From the IMG/VR virus record IMGVR_UViG_3300020416_000002: a DNA stretch of 64,000 nucleotides. One strand, given 5' to 3'. The stretch comes from a virus. Position numbers and translations under genes: made by a program. The first letter of the stretch is position 1, and every line of letters begins with the position of its first letter. Positions 39,001 through 46,272 of this stretch are shown piece after piece. The notes beneath the pieces are model-generated. The model did not search any database, was not told the DNA's origin, and saw only the letters and a program-made list of their open reading frames with translations.

Positions 39001-40068
39001 TAGTAATGCTGCACTATCTCCGATAGCAAACGCTTGCCAGATAGTTGAGTCAGTACCAGGTGTTGTTCCTGTGTTAGTAGATGCGACTGAAATATATGCT
39101 GAAGATTGGAACTCAGCGATGTCACCAATCTCATAGAATCTAGATGTAGTGTAAGCACCTGTCCAACTAAATCCTCTGTGTAACAGTGACCAACCATTAA
39201 CACCTGAATCAAAAGTAGTACTACCGATACCAGTTGGTCTATTGAATGGCTCAATCTTAAGGATATCAGCTTGATATGTGTTACCACCAAATCTTACAAT
39301 CTCACCTTTAGAATACGCACGAGTTTCATCCCATGAGTCATTAGCACCTGTACCAATACCTAAGTTGAGGAACTTCCAATCATTTGGGTTCTCGTTAGGT
39401 TGTTTAGACTGTGGGTTAGTACCAATAGCAACATATGTAGCTCCTGTAAACTCAACAATGTCGCCACGCTCATACCTTGCGGTTGAAATATATTGTCCCT
39501 CGTTGTTAAGACTTAATGAGAGAGGAGTAAAGTTTGCTGCGGGTGGGAAGAATCCATCTGATCCAATACCTGCGGGATCAGTTTCTTTGCTATGGATGTC
39601 ACCTGCAATTTGAATTGGATCAATACAACGATACTCATTAGCACCAAACTTGGCAACATCATTAATGCCGTAATAAGTATTGGTTGTAAGATTTCCTCTG
39701 AAATTAAGACCCTCTGCATAAAGTTCCCATCTTGTAGGGAAGTCTGAAGTATACCAGTTACTAGACAAACCTGTAGAGGTGTGTTGACTAGTACAGATAT
39801 AAAGATTACCACCCTCCTGTACAACATCGTCTACAACATAGGCAGTCGTAGGAGTCCACTCACCCTTGTAGTCGAAACCACTGGTATGTGTGTTCCAGTA
39901 AATAGAATCACTGGTAAAGTTGGAAGCCGATCCCGCTGAGGTATGATTTCCGATACAGACAAAAGAAGTTGCACCGAATCTCACGATGTCATCTACGACA
40001 TAAGCGGTGGAGGTTGTCCAATCGCCACGCCAGTTGAACTTCAGTCTGCCAAGTCTAAATTCTGCCAT
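36037..40068 (-). CDS. large virion structural/fibre protein with carbohydrate-binding repeats and beta-helix
   Basis: 1343 aa; repeated W...Y.VDDIV..G..Y.C...H units; YYVD..GNNN.SG....AFKT; FTITLPASPVKGD C-terminus. Confidence 0.8.
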   Translation of the reverse strand: MAEFRLGRLKFNWRGDWTTSTAYVVDDIVRFGATSFVCIGNHTSAGSASNFTSDSIYWNTHTSGFDYKGEWTPTTAYVVDDVVQEGGNLYICTSQHTSTGLSSNWYTSDFPTRWELYAEGLNFRGNLTTNTYYGINDVAKFGANEYRCIDPIQIAGDIHSKETDPAGIGSDGFFPPAANFTPLSLSLNNEGQYISTARYERGDIVEFTGATYVAIGTNPQSKQPNENPNDWKFLNLGIGTGANDSWDETRAYSKGEIVRFGGNTYQADILKIEPFNRPTGIGSTTFDSGVNGWSLLHRGFSWTGAYTTSRFYEIGDIAEFQSSAYISVASTNTGTTPGTDSTIWQAFAIGDSAALLTTKGDLLTRNGTGPTRQGIGTQGTFLNVSTSDEIQWEFAAKRTKIYYVDSQKGNNNFSGESPDAAFKTVAFAATSTNPQLDVVDAVYDNTTGITTISTATNHGMFVGGEIKIVGLHFTCASGLGPGTEFPSGAEGYYFTISGINSDRQLVTRVGPSTIPHVYSNPQPAGALNQLTNAAPVILKLSAGVFNEDLPIVLPKNFSIAGDVLRGSTIKPNPGISTDGVTPNDRSTMFFVSDATTIQAITMKGLKGFDYDVNDPFNTDKMQHKVGVGTTACGVYIRLNPDESILTRSPYIKDCTAFSDNAQDGTGHGGAIGIFIEGGQHHLNPEGKGFKSMVFDAFTNVHSDGVGFMLEDDAVAEVVSCFTYYCAYGYYSDDGSEIRSLSGNNSYGTYGAVATGFSTHEVARPGKLYGDKMATVVGTYAGTFGVGATMRGTESGARAELTNDQTSADAVYFKYFAGYGNTSSDPTVTPNGAIGIGTTVFKPGEFVEVDSVGAGATGYFRIASAANAVAGQKDILIEVAGLTTTPQVGDAIGFTTVGLGFSDSNTYIVRTQSNYVEGTSLDVNEAVYDPNIGVVTAFTSEPHGLLFGDFIRVNTGSLVFTCDLDGNISSTAYPRPTDAIAGNPIPVLAGTGSTTLVFNVLNTTGENQASTNLSDHAYIGQEGGIGKTSVGAIIAGNGRATVTIAPGKGSSPTIGLDDQEFLMRSKFSKIRLTGHDFLLIGTGGTVPTNYPNVNENSAAQGQETSIQNTGKIFFVSTDQGGNFRVGEFFSVNQLTGAATLDASAFNLSGLTELRLGAIGGQIGEAINEFSSDETMGGDSNTASPTEKAVRGFLTRGKMDATSGILVPPRGPQSGRPTGADLLEGGLRYDEDANGFEFYNGGSWLPLGAYASIDATTSITAGNRQQIFANTSGGSFTITLPASPVKGDSVRIFDVAKTFDSSPLTVGRNGNPIMGDASDMTVNTEGAAFELVFYDGTQGWRLITV

Positions 40069-40080
40069 TGTTAGTGCTCT

Positions 40081-40431
40081 TTATACAGGTCCAGAGTAGT
40101 TGTATGATCCATTGACTTGAAGGACTAGATATCCATCAGAATCTATGAAATAATTTATGTTTCGCCTGTCAAAGCGAATCTGTTGATATTTATCTTGTGG
40201 ATGATTGCTTAAGGATTTTTGTTCCGTTGTCTCCTCCACATAATCCATGTAGTCACCGATGTTCTCCACTTGAGTACCATCCAATCTAAATGGATCAAAA
40301 GTTTCGGTTGTTGATGCAGTACTAACCTTAGTAAGGTGTAGCATGGATTCTGCATCTCTCCTCAAAGCATAGACATAGTAGCCTTTAGAATCTTTGGGTT
40401 GAAAGTGTGAGTTACTAAGAGATAGTGCCAT
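40081..40431 (-). CDS. virion structural protein
   Basis: YVYALRRD...KYQQIRFD..INYFIDSDGYLV. Confidence 0.6.
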   Translation of the reverse strand: MALSLSNSHFQPKDSKGYYVYALRRDAESMLHLTKVSTASTTETFDPFRLDGTQVENIGDYMDYVEETTEQKSLSNHPQDKYQQIRFDRRNINYFIDSDGYLVLQVNGSYNYSGPV

Positions 40432-40895
40432 TAGCTAACAATGCTCCAATAAGAACCGTTCCATAAAAGCATAACAGTGATTGATGGAACATCTAAAATA
40501 AGAGGAGGATCCTCAATATTTCCGATGGCATCCCGAAATTTATTCACAGTGTCAGTGATGATAACATTATTTATGTGCCATGTATTTGCTGCATCATGGA
40601 TCTCTATACTGTCTCCGACGGATAAACCGACGGTAGGCATGGAATAGTAGAGTTCCCCTGCAGAGGTATCAACAATGTACCGTTTGTTAACAACAAATGC
40701 AGCGTTTGCGTTCTGGTAATTCCAAACTGGAACAGCACCAGTAGCAGCAGATGCAACAGTCTCAATATTATTGCCACTTCTAATGTAGATCTTTTGGTCT
40801 ACAATATTAATGGCCATCTCGCCGTCCTGCAAATCGGCCAGACCTGGAATCTGACCGATTGTAGTACTTCGTTTTGGTTTAATTGCGGTAGGCAT
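40431..40895 (-). CDS. fibre-related structural protein
   Basis: IKPKRS...LQDGEMAINIVDQKIY (major tropism determinant N-like). Confidence 0.65.
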   Translation of the reverse strand: MPTAIKPKRSTTIGQIPGLADLQDGEMAINIVDQKIYIRSGNNIETVASAATGAVPVWNYQNANAAFVVNKRYIVDTSAGELYYSMPTVGLSVGDSIEIHDAANTWHINNVIITDTVNKFRDAIGNIEDPPLILDVPSITVMLLWNGSYWSIVS

Positions 40896-40928
40896 TATCT
40901 AGGCACTAACACTTCTAATATTTATTTA

Positions 40929-41468
40929 TTAGAAATAGTTAATCGCTAATACCAACCTGTGTTTTTCATCAGTGCAATTTGAACTACTATGTTCTACTGA
41001 TCCATTAAATGTAACCAATGTATTTGCTACACTCCCAACTCTTTCTATCTTCGTCGCTAACTTACCGTTGTTCAACTGAGAATCCTCTGGTATTTCAAAC
41101 TCAGTAAACCCATTACAGTCATTCATATAGATTAATGCTGCTGTATGATCAAAAGGATAATCTACATGTCTATCATGAATAATTTGTTTTCCCTGATTGA
41201 CATACATCAATACTCTTGCTCTGAGTAAAGATCTAACTTTTAAATTTTCAAGGAGAGGAGTAAGAGTCTCAAAGAAACTACTCTCAGGAACAAAGTTTTC
41301 ATACAGTCTATGCACAAAATAAAAATGATCCTGTTTAGATTCATCAGAACTTTTCTCTAGAGGTAATCCAACATTCGCTTGATACAACCAAGGAAAATTA
41401 CACCCAGAAATTTCATGGTAGATATGATCGAAGTAATCCTTCGGTAAGAAGTCTTGAATAATGTTCAT
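40929..41468 (-). CDS. 2OG-Fe(II) oxygenase-like protein
   Basis: HVD, YMNDCNGFT, HSS, RLVLAINYF. Confidence 0.75.
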   Translation of the reverse strand: MNIIQDFLPKDYFDHIYHEISGCNFPWLYQANVGLPLEKSSDESKQDHFYFVHRLYENFVPESSFFETLTPLLENLKVRSLLRARVLMYVNQGKQIIHDRHVDYPFDHTAALIYMNDCNGFTEFEIPEDSQLNNGKLATKIERVGSVANTLVTFNGSVEHSSSNCTDEKHRLVLAINYF

Positions 41469-42058
41469 TAGGCATATCCTATATTAAAAGACAATGATAC
41501 ACGAGTCATTGTACTTTCATTTATATCAACTCTATGAGGTATGTGTGCAGGAAATATACACATCTCTCCATCTACAGGACTGTATCTTGCATCAGACACA
41601 CCCTCATCAAGTTCAGAGGTGAGATGAGACATCGGATCTTGAAAGACTAGAGGTGGAACATCAATATCTGTAGGCATCCTTAACCATATTACTCCTGCAA
41701 TCAAGCAACCAGGATGAGTGTGCATAACATTATAACAATACTGGTGGTTAAAATTGAACCACATGTTGCCTAGTTTTAATGGAACATCCTCTAAAATAGT
41801 TCCTTTGACATACGCTTTTTGTGAGGTAACAATCCATTCAGATAATCTATTTAAAAATGGTGCAAAAGATTCCTCGTAATAAAAATTATCAGGACTTTGA
41901 TATCCTCCAAAGTTACTCCTAGTCACGGTTGGATTTTTGAATGAATAATCATTCATCCACTTAACCAATGGCACTTTGTACTCATCAAATTTATCATCAG
42001 TAGAGAATTGTATTTTTGTAGGGAATAACAATTCAATATCTTTTACATTTATGGTCAT
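41468..42058 (-). CDS. 2OG-Fe(II) oxygenase (TIGR02466-like)
   Basis: HTHPG, IFPAHIPHRV, RVSLSFN. Confidence 0.85.
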   Translation of the reverse strand: MTINVKDIELLFPTKIQFSTDDKFDEYKVPLVKWMNDYSFKNPTVTRSNFGGYQSPDNFYYEESFAPFLNRLSEWIVTSQKAYVKGTILEDVPLKLGNMWFNFNHQYCYNVMHTHPGCLIAGVIWLRMPTDIDVPPLVFQDPMSHLTSELDEGVSDARYSPVDGEMCIFPAHIPHRVDINESTMTRVSLSFNIGYA

Positions 42059-42204
42059 TATTTTTTCAAGGTAATAATAATACGGTTGTTTTTATAGTCT
42101 GCTCTCATATCTAATGGTGCATCATGATCCCACATCAACTCTTCATATAATGCATTAAGACGCTCCATGTCCTCATACAAATCATTAACTTCGTGGTCTT
42201 CCAT
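42058..42204 (-). CDS. small hypothetical protein (48 aa)
   Basis: Likely start MEDHEVNDLYEDMERLNALYEELMW. Confidence 0.65.
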   Translation of the reverse strand: MEDHEVNDLYEDMERLNALYEELMWDHDAPLDMRADYKNNRIIITLKK

Positions 42205-42217
42205 AATAGTATTGTAT

Positions 42218-42244
42218 AAAAAAAGAGGGTCAATTACGACCCTC
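42218..42244 (-). terminator. intrinsic terminator downstream of psbA
   Basis: GAGGGTC-GTAATT-GACCCTC then T-tract. Confidence 0.8.
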
Positions 42245-42310
42245 AGTATAGCATTCTCCTTGGGTTTTGCCAAGGAAATGTTTAGCGGCGAAGATATTCT
42301 CTTCTATTTA

Positions 42311-43396
42311 TTAACCTACGCTAGGTGCAACAAGTGCAACTTCACTAGTCTCTGCTGCAGCAAGGTCTAGTGGGAAGTTGTGAGCGTTACGCTCATGCAT
42401 TACTTCCATACCTAGGTTTGCTCTGTTAAGAACATCTGCCCAAGTAGGAACAACACGACCAGAGTTGTCTAGAACAGACTGGTTGAAGTTGAAACCGTTA
42501 AGGTTGAATGCCATTGTGCTGATACCCATTGCAGTAATCCAGATGCAAAGCACTGGCCACGCTGCAAGGAAGAAGTGTAGTGAACGAGAGTTATTGAACG
42601 ATGCGTATTGGAAGATCAATCTACCGAAGTACCCGTGGGCAGCGACGATATTATATGTCTCTTCTTCTTGTCCGAACTTATAACCATAGTTTTGTGATTC
42701 TTGCTCTGTAGTCTCCCTAATCAGTGAAGAAGTTACGAGAGAACCGTGCATAGCACTGAAGAGTGCTCCACCAAATACACCTGCTACACCAATCATATGG
42801 AATGGGTGCATTAGGATGTTGTGCTCTGCTTGGAACACGAACATAAAGTTAAAAGTACCTGAGATACCTAGAGGCATACCATCGGAGAAAGAACCTTGTC
42901 CAAAAGGATAGACTAGGAATACTGCCATTGCTGCAGATACAGGAGCACTGTATGCAACACAGATCCAAGGTCTCATACCCAAGCGGTATGAAAGTTCCCA
43001 CTGACGACCACAGTATGCTGTGATGCCAATTAAGAAGTGAAATACAACAAGTTGGTAAGGACCACCGTTGTACAACCATTCGTCTACGGATGCTGCTTCC
43101 CAAATTGGGTAGAAGTGTAGACCAATAGCGTTTGAACTAGGAACAACAGCACCAGAAATGATGTTGTTACCATACATGAGCGAACCTGCAACAGGTTCTC
43201 TGATTCCGTCGATATCGACTGGAGGTGCTGCAATGAATGCAACGATGAAGCATGCTGCTGCTGCGAGCAATGTTGGGATCATAAGAACACCAAACCAACC
43301 AACATAAAGTCTGTTGTTTGTTGATGTGACCCACTCGCAGAATTCTGGCCAGCCTTGAAGAAGACCGCCTTGTCTTGATCTTGAAAGAGTAGTCAT
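42311..43396 (-). CDS. psbA: photosystem II D1 protein
   Basis: 361 aa from MTTLSRSRQ; intact D1 motifs through HNFPLDLA; no intron. Confidence 0.99.
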   Translation of the reverse strand: MTTLSRSRQGGLLQGWPEFCEWVTSTNNRLYVGWFGVLMIPTLLAAAACFIVAFIAAPPVDIDGIREPVAGSLMYGNNIISGAVVPSSNAIGLHFYPIWEAASVDEWLYNGGPYQLVVFHFLIGITAYCGRQWELSYRLGMRPWICVAYSAPVSAAMAVFLVYPFGQGSFSDGMPLGISGTFNFMFVFQAEHNILMHPFHMIGVAGVFGGALFSAMHGSLVTSSLIRETTEQESQNYGYKFGQEEETYNIVAAHGYFGRLIFQYASFNNSRSLHFFLAAWPVLCIWITAMGISTMAFNLNGFNFNQSVLDNSGRVVPTWADVLNRANLGMEVMHERNAHNFPLDLAAAETSEVALVAPSVG

Positions 43397-43399
43397 TGA

Positions 43400-43525
43400 A
43401 ATTAGGGTAAGTATTAGTGCAGGGAAACACTGATTATGGTATTCCTTTGTCACCCTTAGACAAAGGTATGAAAGACTATTATTTAATGTCGCTGTTTAGT
43501 CTTGGTGAGGCGACGAAGTATGACA
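43400..43525 (-). ncRNA. PhotoRC-II-like structured psbA leader
   Basis: GUCUUUCAUACC...UAAGGGUG...GGAAUA...UUUCCCUG...CUUACCC; UAAGGGU can pair with downstream pyrimidine runs; family assignment recalled, not searched. Confidence 0.6.
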
Positions 43526-43553
43526 GATGTGAGGAATCCCTCATCCGTTCATG

Positions 43554-43587
43554 TATTTATATTAAGACAGATTGCCGCTTTTGTCAA
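43554..43587 (-). promoter_or_regulatory. overlapping early and late promoters of psbA
   Basis: TTGACA-17 nt-TAATAT overlapping TATAAATA. Confidence 0.7.
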
Positions 43588-43864
43588 GGAGTTTTGCCGC
43601 CTTCTCAGCGATCTGATTGATGATGTTAATATCGATGTCCATAAAAGGTGGAATGATACCAAGTAGTCTCAGCGTACCATCCAAGAATAATGCCAAGCAT
43701 GTGAATCCTAAGATCATGCTAATGATAGTTGCTTCACGATTGTGCTTTGCCATAGACGCTTCATCTATTGCTCGTGCTTCATCTACTGCTGCAGCAATAA
43801 GATCATCTACTTCTTGTTTTGTGTAGCAGTGCTCTGGTTGTATTTGTTTGAAACGGTGAGGCAT
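43562..43864 (-). CDS. conserved cyanophage membrane protein
   Basis: IDEASMAKHNREATIISMILGFTCLALFLDG. Confidence 0.7.
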   Translation of the reverse strand: MPHRFKQIQPEHCYTKQEVDDLIAAAVDEARAIDEASMAKHNREATIISMILGFTCLALFLDGTLRLLGIIPPFMDIDINIINQIAEKAAKLLDKSGNLS

Positions 43865-43866
43865 TG

Positions 43867-44031
43867 TTAGTATCTGTATTCTTTGAGGATTTCTAGCATG
43901 TTATTCAACATTGAATGTGCTCCATCATGCCAGTCCCCATTTTTGTGGGAGTAATTTCCTCCGTACAATTCGTTTTTTAATTTAATTACTCTAGCTTGAA
44001 TGTCAACCTTGAGCATTTGTCCATTTGACAT
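43867..44031 (-). CDS. hypothetical protein (54 aa, not in ORF track)
   Basis: MSNGQMLKVDIQARVIKLKNELY...WHDGAH...EYRY. Confidence 0.65.
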   Translation of the reverse strand: MSNGQMLKVDIQARVIKLKNELYGGNYSHKNGDWHDGAHSMLNNMLEILKEYRY

Positions 44032-44055
44032 GGTATAAACTAAGTGTCTTAAACA

Positions 44056-44169
44056 CTATACCATATAATTGCTCATGATTGCAACTATGATTGAGGATAG
44101 AGACAATACTCCCCCTAAAATTATGAAGACCATAGTAAATGTCTCTATCCAATTGACAGACTCAATCAT
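44056..44169 (-). CDS. 37-aa single-TM microprotein
   Basis: MIESVNWIETFTMVFIILGGVLSLSSIIVAIMSNYMV; ATGA coupling. Confidence 0.5.
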   Translation of the reverse strand: MIESVNWIETFTMVFIILGGVLSLSSIIVAIMSNYMV

Positions 44170-44282
44170 ATTACCCCTAAGCTACCCAACATAGTACCAA
44201 CACCGACGAAGAACGCGAACTCTAGGAGTCCATGAACTTCATTCGGTGTGGAGAAAATCAATAGGTCTAATTTACGCTGCAT
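44166..44282 (-). CDS. 38-aa membrane microprotein
   Basis: MQRKLDLLIFSTPNEVHGLLEFAFFVGVGTMLGSLGVI. Confidence 0.55.
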   Translation of the reverse strand: MQRKLDLLIFSTPNEVHGLLEFAFFVGVGTMLGSLGVI

Positions 44283-44475
44283 TTGGTACTGTTGCTAATT
44301 GCATTTGAGGTTCGGATGATCTGATACCTATACCGCCATCACGATCATCGTCATCATCGTCATCATCCCATGGTAAATCACCTAGCATGATGAAACTTAA
44401 AATGAATACGCATATGACAGGCATAAACGGAAACAGAATTGTGTTCATCCATGTCTGGTAATCTGCATCTAGCAT
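44272..44475 (-). CDS. TM protein with poly-Asp tract (67 aa)
   Basis: Start MLDADYQ; TM then DDDDDDDDRDGG. Confidence 0.65.
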   Translation of the reverse strand: MLDADYQTWMNTILFPFMPVICVFILSFIMLGDLPWDDDDDDDDRDGGIGIRSSEPQMQLATVPNAA

Positions 44476-44567
44476 TAACCTAAACCTGATGCATATACAG
44501 GTAATCCAACTGACGCTGTAACGCCTGTCATGATGATAAATGTGATGAATGGGATGAATGTTTTCAT
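44475..44567 (-). CDS. 30-aa hydrophobic microprotein
   Basis: MKTFIPFITFIIMTGVTASVGLPVYASGLG; TAATG coupling at both ends. Confidence 0.55.
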   Translation of the reverse strand: MKTFIPFITFIIMTGVTASVGLPVYASGLG

Positions 44568-44704
44568 TAGAAGATGCCTGGAATAATTTGACCTGTAGTT
44601 GCGTATGCACCAATGAGTGCGATACATCCTAAGATTGCTGCCTGACCATTAACACGCTCTGCAACAACCTTTTCTTTTTCTGGTTGAAATTTTTGAATGT
44701 CCAT
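44567..44704 (-). CDS. hli: high-light inducible protein (copy 5)
   Basis: AERVNGQAAILG...TTGQIIPGIF. Confidence 0.9.
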   Translation of the reverse strand: MDIQKFQPEKEKVVAERVNGQAAILGCIALIGAYATTGQIIPGIF

Positions 44705-44817
44705 TATACGAAACCTGGAATAAGTTGACCTGTGAAGATGTAAGATCCAGTTAGGAAAATAAATCCCATCATTGCTGGTCTACCGATTGCTTTGTAAAAG
44801 ATATCTTTGTTGCTCAT
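44704..44817 (-). CDS. hli: high-light inducible protein, divergent (copy 4)
   Basis: MSNKDIFYKAIGRPAMMGF...TGQLIPGFV. Confidence 0.8.
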   Translation of the reverse strand: MSNKDIFYKAIGRPAMMGFIFLTGSYIFTGQLIPGFV

Positions 44818-44924
44818 TAGAAGATACCTGGAATGATTTGTCCTGTTGTTGCGTATGCACCGACTGCTGCTACGAAACCGAGCATTGCTGCCCAACCATT
44901 AAACCTTTCTGCTGATTCGTTCAT
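44817..44924 (-). CDS. hli: high-light inducible protein (copy 3)
   Basis: MNESAERFNGWAAMLGFVAAVGAYATTGQIIPGIF. Confidence 0.95.
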   Translation of the reverse strand: MNESAERFNGWAAMLGFVAAVGAYATTGQIIPGIF

Positions 44925-44954
44925 TGTTTTTGTCCTAAAAATAGAGGGGGAAAA

Positions 44955-45068
44955 TTAATAGATGCCTGGAATAATCCATCCAGTAAATCCGTAGTTGACT
45001 ACGGCAGCGAATAAACCCATCATCGCAAGACGACCGTTCATTTGCTCAGCGTTCTTCCAGTAATTCAT
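44955..45068 (-). CDS. hli: high-light inducible protein (copy 2)
   Basis: MNYWKNAEQMNGRLAMMG...TGWIIPGIY. Confidence 0.93.
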   Translation of the reverse strand: MNYWKNAEQMNGRLAMMGLFAAVVNYGFTGWIIPGIY

Positions 45069-45259
45069 TAGAAAATACCTGGAATGATTTGTCCTGTAGT
45101 TGCATATGCAACTAAGAGTGATACCATACCAATCATCGCCCAACGACCATTAGTTTTCTCAGCGTTAACACCATATCCTTCATAGGATTCGTCAACATAA
45201 GGACGAGGTTCTGTAGCGAAGATGTTTTGGCGGTTGCCTGATTCAGTTACTGTGGTCAT
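45068..45259 (-). CDS. hli: high-light inducible protein (copy 1)
   Basis: AEKTNGRWAMIG...TTGQIIPGIF. Confidence 0.95.
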   Translation of the reverse strand: MTTVTESGNRQNIFATEPRPYVDESYEGYGVNAEKTNGRWAMIGMVSLLVAYATTGQIIPGIF

Positions 45260-45285
45260 TGTCTGTTTGTGAAGAACTGTTACAT

Positions 45286-45314
45286 ATTATATAGTAATGT
45301 AAAGTTTTTGTCAA
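45286..45314 (-). promoter_or_regulatory. sigma70-type promoter of the hli operon
   Basis: TTGACA-17 nt-TATAAT exact. Confidence 0.85.
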
Positions 45315-45403
45315 ATTTTCAAGATGTTCGGATAGCAGAACCTCAAAAAGCATTGCTTATGACCATGATTAGTAACACTTATGTAACAAATCGTTTATTT
45401 ATA

Positions 45404-45568
45404 TTAATATTCTTCCTGATTTTCTACCCACTCAGCATTGTTCCTACAATACGCATGCACATCAATCTCCATCATGTAGTGTGCCCTAGTGTGTATGACC
45501 TGTATTAGACCTAAAGAACCACAGATCATGAGGTTTAAGATTGTGACTGGGTGAGATAAGTATTTCAT
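45404..45568 (-). CDS. small hypothetical protein (54 aa)
   Basis: MKYLSHPVTILNLMICGSLGLIQVIHTRAH...DVHAYC. Confidence 0.65.
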   Translation of the reverse strand: MKYLSHPVTILNLMICGSLGLIQVIHTRAHYMMEIDVHAYCRNNAEWVENQEEY

Positions 45569-45584
45569 TTTGATAGTATAGCAG

Positions 45585-45614
45585 AAAAAAAGACCCCTGC
45601 AATGCAGAGGTCTT
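45585..45614 (-). terminator. intrinsic terminator
   Basis: AGACCTCTGC-ATT-GCAGGGGTCT then T-tract. Confidence 0.8.
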
Positions 45615-45671
45615 AGGTAGTTCCGATTGTAGAGACCGCACGAACGATGTCTCAATCTTATTTAGCAGTGC

Positions 45672-46058
45672 TTAGAAGTTCCACTTAGCACCGATTTTAG
45701 CACCCCAGTTGATGATGTTGTCGCCATCAGCGTCTTCACCATTAGAGATACCAGAGATTTCTCCGTATACATCTGTAGCAGGAGTTACACCATAAGATGC
45801 ACCAACCTTACCAGAAAGTTCTGTATCGGTATCATCTGCTGCCTCGCTGTGAACAAGAGCAGGACCACCTTGTACATAATATGCTAGACCACCTTCGGTC
45901 TGTCCTTCGTAACCAACATGGATATCTGTAGTTGCACCAGAGTAGTCCCCATCAGGATATGAAGCATTAGCTTCTACATTAACATATGGACCTGCAATAG
46001 CAGCAGTAGACAGAACGAAAGGGGCAGCGACAACGGCTGCGATTGTAGATTTAAACAT
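45672..46058 (-). CDS. host-like small outer-membrane beta-barrel protein
   Basis: Signal peptide, AGPYVNVEAN, YVQGGP, C-terminal GAKWNF. Confidence 0.8.
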   Translation of the reverse strand: MFKSTIAAVVAAPFVLSTAAIAGPYVNVEANASYPDGDYSGATTDIHVGYEGQTEGGLAYYVQGGPALVHSEAADDTDTELSGKVGASYGVTPATDVYGEISGISNGEDADGDNIINWGAKIGAKWNF

Positions 46059-46069
46059 TGTTTTTTAGA

Positions 46070-46215
46070 TATTTACTTGCGGAATGGATACCCGCAGATG
46101 AGAACAGACTCGACAAGTCTGTGTAGAGATTGTATCCTCGTTTGATCAGAACGATTAGACTAGCTCAAATTTGCGGAATTCGTCTATGGAAATTCTTAAC
46201 TGGCATTGCCAGTTG
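46070..46215 (-). ncRNA. structured 5' leader, manA-motif-like
   Basis: Hairpins AACUGGC/GCCAGUU, ACAGACUUG-U-CGAGUCUGU, UGCGG...CCGCA; family assignment recalled, not searched. Confidence 0.5.
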
Positions 46216-46218
46216 AGT

Positions 46219-46252
46219 TATTTAGTATAACAGTCGATTGGAATGTTGTCAA
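46219..46252 (-). promoter_or_regulatory. overlapping early/late promoter
   Basis: TTGACA-17 nt-TATACT overlapping CTAAATA. Confidence 0.75.
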
Positions 46253-46272
46253 GCTCTGATAATAGAAACTTA

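Noticed and set aside
44345-44370. Trinucleotide microsatellite
   Set aside because: Mixed GAT/GAC codons for a poly-Asp tract, so protein-level rather than slippage.
44567-45100. Recurring GGAATGATTTGTCCTGT-like sequences resembling an array
   Set aside because: They encode the TGQIIPGIF ends of paralogous hli genes.
44272-45143. Track ORFs 44272-44613, 44704-44895 and 44955-45143 suggesting frameshift fusions
   Set aside because: Internal ATGs with TAATG coupling give clean separate genes.
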